A stretch of 64,000 bases of DNA, taken from the IMG/VR virus record IMGVR_UViG_3300021387_000091, positions 5,979 to 69,978 of that record. One strand, 5' to 3'. Origin of the DNA: a virus. Taxonomy: Duplodnaviria > Heunggongvirae > Uroviricota > Caudoviricetes. The translations under genes were made by a program, and so were the position numbers. The notes beneath the pieces were generated by a model that made no database searches, was not told the origin of the DNA, and saw nothing but the letters and a program-made list of their open reading frames with translations. This document shows positions 1-11,946 of this stretch, piece by piece; the first letter of the stretch is position 1, and each line of letters starts with the position of its first letter.

Positions 1-2
1 AA

Positions 3-2939
3 ATACCAGAAACAACATGTGAAAAGTTGCGTAATATTGGTGTTATAGGATATTTTATTGTTAGACAAAAAAGGATTCCAATTACATTATGTCAAGGTTT
101 TGGTGTTGGAATAAATAAGGATTCTTTTATTCCAACCATTAAATACAATAACCAAGGTTATTATGCGGAAAGCTTTATTACAAAGGAATCTGAATCCTTA
201 GAATATAACCCTATAACATCTGATACGTCTGGAACAACTGTTTATGAAAATTCAAAAAATGTAGGTTTTTATTTTAACATTAGTGACCAATACGTAATAG
301 ACGAATTAGTAACATTTATAGTAATTCCAATTGTAACAAGAGATCATACAGAATACACGGTTAAAATAATTGGTCCAAACAAAGATGAAAACGATAAAGT
401 AATTCGTGGAGAAGAAGATGTTGTTTATAAGACAGTAACAGCATATGATCGTCAGCGAGCTATTGATTTGGCTATAGACTATTGTAATGAAAATAATTAT
501 AAACTAATTGATAACTACATACAAAGTACAAATTCCTATAATAGAAATAATTTAAAACAAGAACAGCAACGATTACAAAATGATGTCAGGGATCGTTTTT
601 TAACAGAAAAAGAATTGCAAAAAAATTCATTTGGATTACTTTCTGTAGAAGCTAGTGTAAATCCAACAATTCAATCAATGTTGAACGGTTCAGAGTTTGA
701 AATAAGAACAAGGGTTGGAGCTGCTATGCGTAAAGATAATCAAATATTTACAGCAAGTCCAATATACCCAAGTCACAGTAATAGTAAAACTGCAAAATTA
801 GTATATTTGCCAAGCGGAACACAATTAAAATATGTAGACAAATACGGATTTTCTAATGTGGTTGGAGATGGAATAAATGTAGATCAATTTGGTTTTCTTA
901 AAAATAGAGAAAATTCAGAATATAAGAAAAATCCAGATGTTGTTAGAGGTACTTTTACACCATATATAGGAGGTATATCTGAAAACAGTAATAATTTTAT
1001 AGGTTATGTATCTGATATACGTGTACCACATGACTCAACATATAAAAATGATATTATTGCTAGAGCCAACGATATGTCTGAATATTATGCTGTATCAAAT
1101 AAAATGAGTATATATTACCCTATGGATGTCTATAGAGGGGATTGCTATAAGAATACAGTGTCTATTAGAATGCATAGAAACTTCGTTGACCCAGTTGCTC
1201 CTATTGCTGACAAAATTGTAAAAAAGGATTGTTGAAAGAACAATTATTATGGATATGCTAATATTAAAGGAAAAGATGAAGAAACATCTACAAAAACAGA
1301 TTGAACCGAAATAAATCTAACAGATTTAAATACAGTTTCTCTTGGGCATTGAGTTACATTTAAATGTTTAGCAAATACAAATTTAGGCCTTCGTTCTGAA
1401 GATACATCAAATACGTCAGAAATGGCCTTACTTGGAAATGCTAGAAGTTTTTATCCATTAACAGCAGCATCTACTGTTACTGCAATGAAAGTTCAAGATT
1501 CTACATTGTTAAACGATGGTTATAGTGCTACCGTTGGAAGAAAAAGATATACAATTAAGCCCAAAACACCATATGATAAGAATGAATTTTCTAATAGAAT
1601 TATGTTTAGTAACATCTCTATTACAGATTCGTTTACAAATGGGTATCGTGTATTTCAAGGACTGTCTTATCAAGATTATACAAAGCAGTATGGTGCTATA
1701 ATTAAATTGTTACCTTGAGGAAATAATATTTTCTGTGTATTTGAACATGGAATAGCAATAGTGCCGATTAATGAAAAAGCATTAATGCAAACGACAACTG
1801 ATCAATCTATTCATATATATGGACATGGCGTTCTTCCAGATCAACTTTCTGTAATTTCTCAAGATTATGGTAGTATTTGAGCAGATTCTGTTATTAGAAC
1901 TCCAATTGGAATTTATGGAGTTGACACTACTGCAAAAAAGATTTGGAGATTCTCAGATTCTAATGGATTCGAGACATTATCAGATATGAAAATTCAACGT
2001 TTCTTAAATGATAATATTAATTTAGGACTAACACGGCAAGAAAATCTTGGAATTACAAATGTAAAAACACATTTTAATAACTATAAAGGTGATGTCATGT
2101 TTACATTCTATCATACAAGTTATGATGAAACTAATCAACCAGTTAAGAAAGAATGAAATATGTGTTACAACGAAAGACAAGGTTTGTGAGTAACAAGATA
2201 TGATTGAATCCCAATTTTTTCTGCGAATGTAGACAATGTTTTCTATTCTATTCCTTTAGAGTTATATTCAGATAATAATGATTTTTCTATTTGAAAACAT
2301 GGTAGGACTGGAATAGATTCTTTTGGATTTAGACCAACGTTATGATACGGAAAGCAATATTCTTTTGAATTTGAATTTGCCATAAAAGATCCTGTTGGAT
2401 TACACAAAATATTTGAAAATTTAGTAATAACATCCAATAATGTTCAGCCAAAAGAACTCGAATTTCAAATTATAGGGGATGCTTATATGTTTAACAAAGC
2501 CAGAATTTATCACGACGCTAAAAACATATATGGTAATTATGGCGAAGACAGACCTTATAAAATGGATTGGAATGGCTTTACAAAAGATGATTTTTCTATT
2601 TCCAACTTTAAACCTATGTTTTATAATGCAAGAGTTGAATATGATCCTGTATTAGATGAATATAGTATGATAATATCTCAACAATGTAAGAATAAGGAAA
2701 CATATGGTGTACGATTAGGAAATATTCAATATAAAGAGGATGGATGATATACTAATATAGAACCACTTAGATATAATGTTAAACTTAATCAGCAATCTGC
2801 TACAGAATTTAGTGAATCTGATCCTTTTGCGTCTGCAAAGATCAGAGACAAATGGTTAAAAGTTAGAATTAAATATGCTGGAGACAAATTAGCAATTATT
2901 AGTGGTGTAACAACGTTTGAAAATATGAGTTATGCTTAA
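3..2939 (+). CDS. Tail stabilisation / tail tubular protein (crAss-like), 5'-truncated by the window edge; TGA=Trp
   Basis: ORF fragments at 27, 1422 and 2487 share one frame and are separated only by TGA; the first TAA is at 2937-2939. The C-terminus KIRDKWLKVRIKYAGDKLAII resembles crAss-like stabilisation proteins, and the gene lies upstream of the cargo genes. Confidence 0.7.
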
Positions 2940-4131
2940 AATACATAAACAATTAACATCAGATCCTTTACAGAAACGCTCTAACATTTCAATATATCCG
3001 AGTGGATATGGTATGGCATCTCCAAAAATGCAATCAGAACAAAAGAGGTTTGAGCAATTAAGCAAACAATTTAATGGCATGAAATCTAATCCTGAAACCA
3101 CACAAGGTGGAAATAGTGCAAGTGCACCAGGATGGATGGGAGTTGTTACTAATGGAATTGGCGCAATAACAAAACCGTTCACTCAAATGAACAAAACAGC
3201 AAATCAGACTTCTTTATCAATTAGAGATACAATATCTGATGCAGCAATTCAGTCTGGAAACCCTTATGCTATGGCCATCGGTGCAGCTACAAAAATTGTA
3301 GATGCGATAGGTGATGCTACAGGATTTCATATTGATGATATCGACAAAGATGCTGGAAATCGAGCAGGAGTAAGTGGAGGACTTAGATTCTTAAACAATG
3401 CTATGAATGCTCTTCCTGGAAATAGTTTAATTATGGCTGCATTTTCTCCAGGAAAAACTAATGAGGCATCTCAATTAGATGAAAACGGTACATCTATTAT
3501 GGCAGGATATTCTGGTTCGCAAAAAGATATTGACTCTGCAAAATCTCTTTCTGGAAAAAGAACTTTGTTTGGAATAGGAAGAAATAAAATGAACGATTTT
3601 ATTGAAGATACTAATGCAGATGTTAAATTGATTAATCGTATAGGATATACAAATTCATTAGCCAAAAAATCTGATTATAATAGAGATTTAACTCAACAAA
3701 ACTTAAACAGATATGCTGGAACCAATTATCAATCTTATTCAGTTGGTAAGAATGGAATGAAAATAATGTCAAGAAAAGAACTTCAAGACATATTAAAGGC
3801 AAAAAAGTTACAAAGTGGAGGAGTTATCGGAACAGATACAAACGTACTTCCGGAAGGAGCTTTACATGCAAGATTAAATCATCTGCAAGATTCAAATCCA
3901 GATTTAGAAGAAGCCACGCGTAAAGGCATTCCAGTATTAGATAAAGATGGAAATCAAGTTGCAGAAATAGAACGCGATGAAATTGTATTTCGTTTAGAAC
4001 TTACTAAAAAAATAGAAGAATTGATGAAAGATGGTTCAGAAGATGCTATGATTGAGGCTGGTAAATTATTAGTGCAGGAACTAATAAATAACACCCAAGA
4101 TAATACTGGGCAAATAAAAGAGGAGGATTAA
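2932..4131 (+). CDS. Putative virion cargo/ejection protein (399 aa)
   Basis: Intact ORF ending in TAA; Gly/Ala-rich N-half, KKLQSGG motif, C-terminal AEIERDEIVF domain; lies in the structural block. Confidence 0.6.
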   Translation: MLKIHKQLTSDPLQKRSNISIYPSGYGMASPKMQSEQKRFEQLSKQFNGMKSNPETTQGGNSASAPGWMGVVTNGIGAITKPFTQMNKTANQTSLSIRDTISDAAIQSGNPYAMAIGAATKIVDAIGDATGFHIDDIDKDAGNRAGVSGGLRFLNNAMNALPGNSLIMAAFSPGKTNEASQLDENGTSIMAGYSGSQKDIDSAKSLSGKRTLFGIGRNKMNDFIEDTNADVKLINRIGYTNSLAKKSDYNRDLTQQNLNRYAGTNYQSYSVGKNGMKIMSRKELQDILKAKKLQSGGVIGTDTNVLPEGALHARLNHLQDSNPDLEEATRKGIPVLDKDGNQVAEIERDEIVFRLELTKKIEELMKDGSEDAMIEAGKLLVQELINNTQDNTGQIKEED

Positions 4132-4132
4132 T

Positions 4133-5137
4133 ATGGATTCTAAATATAATATTATATTAGCATTATTAAATGATATCACAAATAATCCATCTAATAAAGC
4201 TGGTTCTACTGCTGCAATAGCAGAAGCAGATATAAAGAAAGATGGATTGGATAGAAAAGATATTCATGAAATTGCAGCAAATTCTGTTTTAGACCAGATG
4301 GGAAATCCTCTTCAGAAAATTCAGTTTACCTTTGGAAATCATCCTGAATTAATTGAAGATATTTCTAAATGGGCAGAAATGGATGTCACACCAATTCTTC
4401 AATCTGATAGACTTGATATTATACAAGAAATGCTCTCTGAATATCTCAAAGAGCATAATATAAAGGCGTTTGGAGAAGGTGGACAGTTTGAATCCGATTT
4501 AGACATAATTCCTGTAAAAATTGGAGACAAAACATATAATCTTTTATATCTATATTCTGAAGAAGAAAAAGAAAAGGGACTTATGGATGTAGAAGATATG
4601 GCAGATAATGAAGGTGCTATATTTGATTATTCGGATGATCCACAAAATGATTTATCTTTTTGAATGAAAGATACAACGATTGCTTTAAGAATCTTATTTA
4701 TAAATAAAGATGGAGTTGTAATATCTGCACATAATGGAGAACCTTTATCTGAAGAATTAATAAAAGAAGAATCTGAACCTATTTATTGAGTAATCGAATT
4801 AAATCAATCTGAACAAATACCTCAAGGTACTTACACAGACCTTGCTTTAAGAAAAGAACCTGATGCAGAACCTGAAGAAGACGATGATAATTCAGATGAA
4901 GATGAACATCCAGAATTAGGTGTAAATAGTCTTTATATATATGGCTCAAATGGAGAGGTTCAAGCTGAAATTCAGGCTGGTGCTAGAATATTTAGCAGAA
5001 AAGCAACTAAAGTAATTATAAGGAAAGCAAAACGTGCGTTCTTATCAAAATTAGATAAAGATTATAAATCATTAGGTCGTTATGTATTTAATGAAATTAA
5101 AGCACAAGATAATCGACCGATTGAATACGTTAATTAA
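4133..5137 (+). CDS. DUF192-domain protein (334 aa, one TGA=Trp) with a C-terminal domain paralogous to that of the upstream gene
   Basis: EKEKGLM...F[TGA]MKDT...ILFINKDG matches the DUF192 FWMKNT-type motif; the frame continues to TAA at 5135-5137. Confidence 0.75.
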
Positions 5138-5151
5138 TTCTTACGATATAT

Positions 5152-5185
5152 AACAAAAATGCCCTCCTATCTAAGACAGGAGGGC
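5152..5185 (-). terminator. Intrinsic terminator, U-tract on the minus strand
   Basis: GCCCTCCT/AGGAGGGC 8-bp stem (5161-5185) followed on the minus strand by ATTTTTG. Confidence 0.8.
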
Positions 5186-5262
5186 TAATAAAGAACTGAT
5201 TTGGGTAAATATATTTAGTGTAGCCACATATTAGTTCGTCACACTCTTTTTCCAATCGTTCT
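5152..5262 (-). ncRNA. Candidate structured small RNA (~110 nt)
   Basis: Lies between a consensus Bacteroidota promoter and a terminator. The 5' end AGAACGAUUGG pairs with CCAAAUCAGUUCU, the inner stem is AGUGUG/UACACU, and there is no ORF longer than 4 codons from ATG. Confidence 0.55.
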
Positions 5263-5267
5263 AAGTG

Positions 5268-5299
5268 CAAATTTAGTTAAAATAATCGAAAATTACAAA
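5268..5299 (-). promoter_or_regulatory. Bacteroidota sigma-A type promoter P1 (minus strand)
   Basis: TTTG (5299-5296), 20-nt spacer, TAAATTTG (5275-5268). Confidence 0.75.
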
Positions 5300-5327
5300 T
5301 TTATTTTTTAGTTAAAATATTTGCAAA
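5296..5327 (-). promoter_or_regulatory. Second tandem Bacteroidota-type promoter P2 (minus strand)
   Basis: TTTG (5327-5324), 20-nt spacer, TAAATTTG (5303-5296). Confidence 0.6.
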
Positions 5328-5351
5328 TATGAAAATAATTTACTATATTTG
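5320..5351 (+). promoter_or_regulatory. Bacteroidota sigma-A type promoter (plus strand)
   Basis: TTTG (5320-5323), 20-nt spacer, TATATTTG (5344-5351), about 60 nt upstream of ATG 5411. It shares the palindrome TTTGCAAA with the divergent promoter P2. Confidence 0.8.
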
Positions 5352-5410
5352 CGGGTGATTAATATGGAAATAAGAGAAGATAATATATAAACTTTTAAAA
5401 ATTAATTTTT

Positions 5411-5710
5411 ATGAAGCTAATTAAGAAATTTCAAGCTGGCGGTCCAATGGGTCAAGACGCTGGTGCTCAAGTTGATAATGGTGCAATGCAAACTGGTGCA
5501 GAACAAGACCCTATGATGCAGATTGTAGAAATGTTTGCACAAGGCCTTCAATCTCAAGACTGTAATCTTTTAGCACAAGGTGCTGAAATGTTTTTGTCAT
5601 TAGTTCAAGAGGCTCAAAGTAGTGCAGAACCAGCAGGACAACCTGTATTTGGCAAAGGTGGAAAAATGGTATCTCGCAAACAAGCAAAACTTCAGCTTAT
5701 TTGCAAGTAA
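5411..5710 (+). CDS. Small crAss-like protein with an N-terminal KKFQAGG motif (99 aa)
   Basis: Intact ORF from ATG to TAA, with its own promoter and terminator. Confidence 0.8.
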   Translation: MKLIKKFQAGGPMGQDAGAQVDNGAMQTGAEQDPMMQIVEMFAQGLQSQDCNLLAQGAEMFLSLVQEAQSSAEPAGQPVFGKGGKMVSRKQAKLQLICK

Positions 5711-5730
5711 TTATTAGATTTAGAAACTTG

Positions 5731-5764
5731 ACTCGGGATTGGGACACTCAGTCCCGAGTTTTTT
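5731..5764 (+). terminator. Intrinsic terminator
   Basis: ACTCGGGATTGGG/CTCAGTCCCGAGT stem (with G-U pairs) followed by TTTTTT. Confidence 0.8.
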
Positions 5765-5777
5765 AATTTATAATCGA

Positions 5778-8700
5778 ATGAGTCAAGTTAAAAAATTACA
5801 AACAGGTGGTACTCCAGAAATTCCTGGCATAAAGCCTTTAAAATTTGAACCGATTCCTAAATTTGAACCAGCTAAATCAACAACCGGATCCCTTACAATC
5901 GATGGAAAAACATATGAAGCTACTCCAGAACTAATTCAAGCTTTGACATCACATCTTAGTGGTTTTGGTGAAACAGCTGCTCCTCTTGCAGGATTAACTG
6001 CCGCGTTACAAAGAGGAGAAAATGTTGTATATGATTCAATTGGAAACACAATTACTGGAATGTCTGGACAATGGACAGGAATTGATGATAAGGCTAATAC
6101 AAAAAGAAATTCTGGAACAAGTCAATGAAGAAGAAATTGGCAAGCCACATTTAATACAGATGCACATAAGTTTAGAAATGCAGTAAAACTATTATCTGGA
6201 TTTATATACAATCCTTCTTCTGAAGATACATCAAACCAAAATCTTAAGGATATATACGGCAATAATATTTGGTATAAATACGATGTTGGTGAAGATGGAA
6301 AGAAAACTTGGTTAGATAACGCTTCTGAAAATCTATCTATTGACCAAAGATTAAAAGATTGAACATCTTATTTAGGTGGGACAGATGACGATAGAAAAGG
6401 ATTTAGACTCGGAAGTCAGTACGATGATCCTAAAGTAGAAGCAATTAAAAATCTATATTCAAGATACACTCCGGAAACTTGAGATGCTTATCTCAAAGAA
6501 ATTGGAAATAGAGCAAAAACAGATACTCTTAGACCAGAAGATATTGCATTTCTTGCTAATTTTAATATTGTAAAACCTGACGAATATGCCAACCAAGGAA
6601 CAGGTAACAGGTCTAGAATAACTTCTGCAGATAGAACTAAATGAAATAATGCTGGTTTTGGAGGACTAGCGGATTTACTTGGAGACCGTGCACATTTAAA
6701 TGATGATGGATCTCTTTCTTTGAACGATGGAGAAAGTTGAGGATGAAATCTTGGCGATTTAGATGGAAGAAATATTTGGTTTAACGATGATTTCTATAAA
6801 AGTAGATATGGAGCAGATGGTTCATTTGACCCATTTAGAGGATTAACACTTTATAGAAATAGATTATATACATCTTCTAATCCTGTTTTGGCTAGAATTT
6901 TAAATTCAGAAGGTGGATTTAACTCTATGATGAAAGCTGGAAATTGAACTGGTGCAGATAATGAAATATTAACAAGATTTACAGATGCAGCAAGAGAAAA
7001 TCCTGCGTATTTGCAAAATGATAGATATTCTACATTCTTATCTAATCCAAATTATAGATTTTCCGATTTGACTGGTCTAGTTAAAACACAAGACATGAAC
7101 GAAGATGATCAAATAATCCAATACATCGATCTATCGGATGATTCTTTAGTTGGGCCATATCGTCAATATAGATATAAATATGCACTGCTTGATAATAGAG
7201 GTAATCTAAAGAAACAATTAAATTCTGAGGATTTGATTGATATTCAAAATGGTTCTTCTAGAGAAGGCGGATTAAATACATATAGAAGAATATCAGGAAA
7301 CGAAAATCAGGTATATAATAATAGATATTACGAAGATATTCTCGATAAAAGCGGAAATGCAACAGGATTTAGATTTTATCGTAGTATATCAGATCCTAAT
7401 GGAGATGTTATAATGCATATGCCAAAAATATATGCATCTGATGCTGAAGATAAAGATATCGTTCTTCCGAAAGAAGTTGCTCAAGTTTTAATGCAAAATA
7501 AGAATTGACTTCAAAATGTTGTTGGAAATGCTCAAAATAAAGAGAATTTTATGAAAATTATATCTGGACTTGTTCAAAGTTGGTGAGCTAAATCCGACAA
7601 TCTTTGGTATAGAAATGAAGCGAAAGAATTAAGAAAAATGGGATTATCCGAAGAAGAGGTTCAAAAATTCTTACAAGCATGAAATCAAGCGAAACGAGGT
7701 AATCGTATGCAACGTAGACAAGATATGCTTGTAACTGCACCACAATTTAAAGATGGTGGTGTGATACTTGAACAATCTGGAGGTAGAGCAGGTGGATCAA
7801 AATCTGCAACTGGAGTTACAGAAAAACGAGTTAATACTATAAACACTAATCCAAATAATGCTGCAACTATAGGGGACAGTAAAAACTGAACAGATGCTGA
7901 TACAAAAGATGTTGTTGCATTACTTGGTGATTTAGGTTCTCTTGGTTTAGCCTTTGTTCCTGGAGCTAATGTTGGTTCTGCAACAGTTGGTGCAGCATCA
8001 TCTACAGCGAGATTTCTTGCTGATAAAGAAAGAGGCACAAAAGGCGCTGGATTAAATTATTTAGCAAACTTAGGAATGGATGCTGCTACATTACTTCCTC
8101 TTATAGGTGGTGCAAGTAAGACGGCAAAAACAGTAAAAGCGGTTAAGAACGCACTTCCATTAATAATTAAAGCCGCATCAGTTTACGGATTAGGTTCTGC
8201 AGTAGTTAATTCTGCAAATAAAATTGCTAATGGTGAAAACTGAACAGTTCGTGATGTCTCAATGGTTGTAAACGCTCTTACAGCCGGTGTTGGATTATCA
8301 AAGCAAGGTGGTCTTGGCAAATCTAAAGTTAAAGTAAAAGAACTTGAACCTGTCACATTAAAGAGTAAAGATGGAAATATATCCTTAACTTTAAACTCTG
8401 AAGAATTAAAACAGATTAAGGATCCAGACGCATTACTTGACGCAATGTTTAATAAAGCAAAATCATCTAATACCAATCTTACAAAGGAACAATTTGGTAA
8501 ACAATTTGATGTAAATTCTTTACTTAAAACAGCAACTAAATGGAAACCTGGTTGGAGTCCTAAAAATTGGTTTAGAAAAGAGTCTGTAAAAACATTTAAT
8601 CCAAAGGTAAAATCTGCAAAGCAAAACGTTGAAGCTGAAGAAGGTTCTTTTAAAGAGTGGTGGCACGGTGTAGGTAAAAAACAGCAGAATTATAACGAAC

Positions 8701-10028
8701 AACTTAGAGGAAATACTACAAAAGAAGTTACAAATACAGAGCAAAGAATTGTTATTCCAGAAAATTCTAAACCTGGACTTATGGATTTAAATGTACCAGC
8801 TGTAGTAGAACAAGTTCCTGTTACAAGAACAATTAAATTACCACTACAAGGTATAGCTTTGCCCCAATGAATAAATGCATTTACTTCTGCAAATTATCAA
8901 CGTAACAAAGATGTTCAACCATCAGGTGTAGTTATGCAACCTTTATATCAAAAGAAAGGTGGAAAAATTATAAAAGCACAATCTGGAACATTAACTGATA
9001 AAGCTATTACTGGAAATTCTCAATTCAAAGCAGTTCAAGATGCTCAGAAATGATTAAAAGAATCTAAGGCAGATGATTGGTCTAAAATAGAAGGTGGTAA
9101 TTCAGGCTCTCAGTCAGATGAACCTGGAAAAGCATATAATCTAGATTTTAATCCTTTAATGAATTGGGCAAGAGCTGGAATATCTATGTTCGGAAGTGAT
9201 AAGCAATTGAAAAATTGGCTAAATCGGCCAAGATATAGAATGCAAGCTCCTTTATTAAATGCTCCAAGATTTGTTAGTTCTGGCGCAGGTGATGCGTATA
9301 GACAGATGGCAAGTAAGCTTAGATTATACAAGCCTATTTCTTCAGATGCTACTGATGTAGATGCTTCACAAAGAGCTAGATCTGAGAAAGCATTAGAGCT
9401 TGAATTACAAGGTGTTTTAGCAGATGCTAATGACTTTAAAGAATATATGCGTGGATTGGATGAATTTAATAATAAAAATATTCTTCAATTAACAGATATT
9501 GCTAATCAGAATCGACAATTTGATTGGCAACACGATATTGAAGATGTTCAAATGAAAAACGCAAATATTGCCGAAAAATCTAAATTCTTTGACCAAGCTG
9601 CTTATGCAACTCAAGATTGATATTCTCGTCAACATGATCTTAAAAACGAAATTGCTGGGATTAATGACTATAATACGGAATTGAACAGATTACAAAATGA
9701 GTATATACTAGATCTTGCTAAGATAAACGCAAGACACAAAAATGATCCAGATAGTGATGCAGCTGCCCAAGAATTAGCCGCTCTTAGGAGTCAACTTCAA
9801 ATGAAGCAAAGAGGATTGGAAATGTATCCAATGAAAGCTAGATTAGCTTTTCCTTTTTCTGCTAAACGTGGCGGAAAAATTGGAAAGGATTCAAAAGTAA
9901 CTTATTCAAGAGATCCATATCCAGAACTGCTAATTCAGAACTCAAAAGACTCAACAAAATTAGTAGAGAAACTGAACGATTCAGTGATAAAACTATTATT
10001 ACAAACAAAACCAATACATGTATCTTAA
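5778..10028 (+). CDS. Large putative ejection/cargo protein (~1416 aa; multiple TGA=Trp)
   Basis: Fragments at 5739, 7011, 7707, 8262, 9159 and 9681 share one frame and end in TGA, except the last (TAA 10026-10028). Hydrophobic Gly/Ala segments (~7915-8290) and GG motifs are present. Confidence 0.75.
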
Positions 10029-11946
10029 AAGGAAGTATCAAGTAGGGGGTATTGCATATACCCCCTATCTTCCTGCTCAAGCCGGTTCTCCACAAGAGAG
10101 TACTTCTAATTCTGGTTCGAGCAGTAAAAGTTCGCCAGAAAAAATAACTGGCACTATAAAAAAAGAAATTGTAGACTTATTAAAAGAAAATGGAATTCCA
10201 AGCGATGTTTCCACTTTTTTAAATACAGCTAATAAGTTTTTGTCAAAATCTCAAGCATTAAGTAATTATTCTATTTTTGGTGGAGACGACGATGATTATG
10301 ATTTAACCGATTTAATTAAAATTCAACAGTTAGTTAATGATGTTAAATATAATAATAATCTTAAAAACGAAGCGCTTAAACAAGTAACAAAAGAAGCGGC
10401 TGGTTCAGAAGTTGCGTTAACGGATTCTGGACATATTTATGCGTATAATTCTGATGGTAATATTGTAAAACTAACGCCAAAAGAATTCAAGGAAAAATCC
10501 AATGATTATCGTGCTATTACAAATAATGAATTACTTTATTTAAGAGAGCATGAAAATGGATTAGCATTTAATACAGGTATATTAAATGATTTAAATAATA
10601 CCATTGGTATGTCTACGATTACAAAGCAGTTGCGTGATATTATAAGTGCGTTTGGCTCTGATAAAGTGGGAGGATATACCACAAAAGATGCGGCTGTTAA
10701 TCGTGGAATGCAGGCTTTAATGCAAGCAGGACCTGATGGTTACTATCAGTTTACAAATGAAGAGGAATTGCGAGATGTAAATAGAGCTCTTCGCTACTTA
10801 TATAACAGTATGTCTGAAAATGCTAAAAATCTTCTTAGAGCAAAGACTGCAGTAGAAGGTGGAGATCCATCTGATCCAAATGACATTTCTAATCTGTTAT
10901 TACAGGCATTATATGAGCATACTTCTAGAGAAACAACTGTTAAATTTGATAAATCCGCATCCGATTATGATCCACTACAAAGTGGAAAGAAAGGTGGATC
11001 TAAAGATCCAGGTGATCAATTAACTCAAAATAATTATTTACAAAGAGTTGGTTCTCTTCGTGGAGATAGAACAATTGTTTCTATTGCTCCAAGAGCAGCT
11101 AAAATTTCAGATACGGCAGCACTTACTGCTCCTGCATTTTCTTTTGGTGCTGTCATTGATAGAAGTAATAAACCTGTTGATAAAATGAGCCTTGCAGATC
11201 TTTTAAAAGAAGGTTGAGCATTTGCAGCAGGAGAACCAAACGATGTTGTATTTGGAAATAAATTACTTAAATCATGAGAACGTGAAGCTATTATGTTTGA
11301 TGATAGTAGTAATTTAACCGCAGTAATGCTTCCTTATACAAATCAAGGTGGACATATTATGCCGGATTTTGATAAATTTGATGCTTTTAATAAACTTCAG
11401 TCAATTCTATCTAATAATTTATATGTTTCACAAACAGAATTAAATCAAGAGGCTAGAAAACTTGGAATCGATCCTTCTGAATTAAATTACGACCAAAAAA
11501 CAAACACAATTACATTTAAGGATACTATGGCGTTTTTGACAGTTAGTGGATACGCTGGTGATGATACTCTTGATTTAAATAAAGAAAATAAACAATGATT
11601 AGAGAAAGTAGATAAATCTGATGGACAACATCTAGCTGATTTCTACAATAATATGGTTAAATTTGGAAAGCTTCGTCCAGCAAAGAAAGGAAATGTTGAA
11701 ATTAAAGGATTCTCTAAATCTGAATCTGGTGATTTTTGGAGAGGAAACATTTTTATTCCTATGAAAAATGCTTTTAATGCAATGAATTTGAGTGGAATTG
11801 GAGAATACGTTCCTAAATCACAAGAAACTGATTTCTATGGTAGAGTTGCAGCAAGAGCACAAGAGAATGCAATGCTTCAATACCTTAAAGAGAATGATCC
11901 AAATTATGCTATAAATTCACAAATAGGGCAGTTTAGAAATGATTAG
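10018..11946 (+). CDS. Putative virion cargo protein (642 aa; TGA=Trp)
   Basis: Fragments at 10018, 11293 and 11653 are in frame; TAG at 11944-11946; N-terminal KRKYQVGG. Confidence 0.75.

Noticed and set aside
5160-5262. Mini-ORF ATG TGG CTA CAC TAA within the candidate sRNA
   Set aside because: Four codons with no supporting context; RNA structure explains the region better.
1394-6236. 18-nt exact repeat TTCTGAAGATACATCAAA at ~1394 and ~6218
   Set aside because: Only two copies, both inside coding sequence and encoding SEDTSN in frame. There is no positional logic for a promoter, so it is most likely chance.
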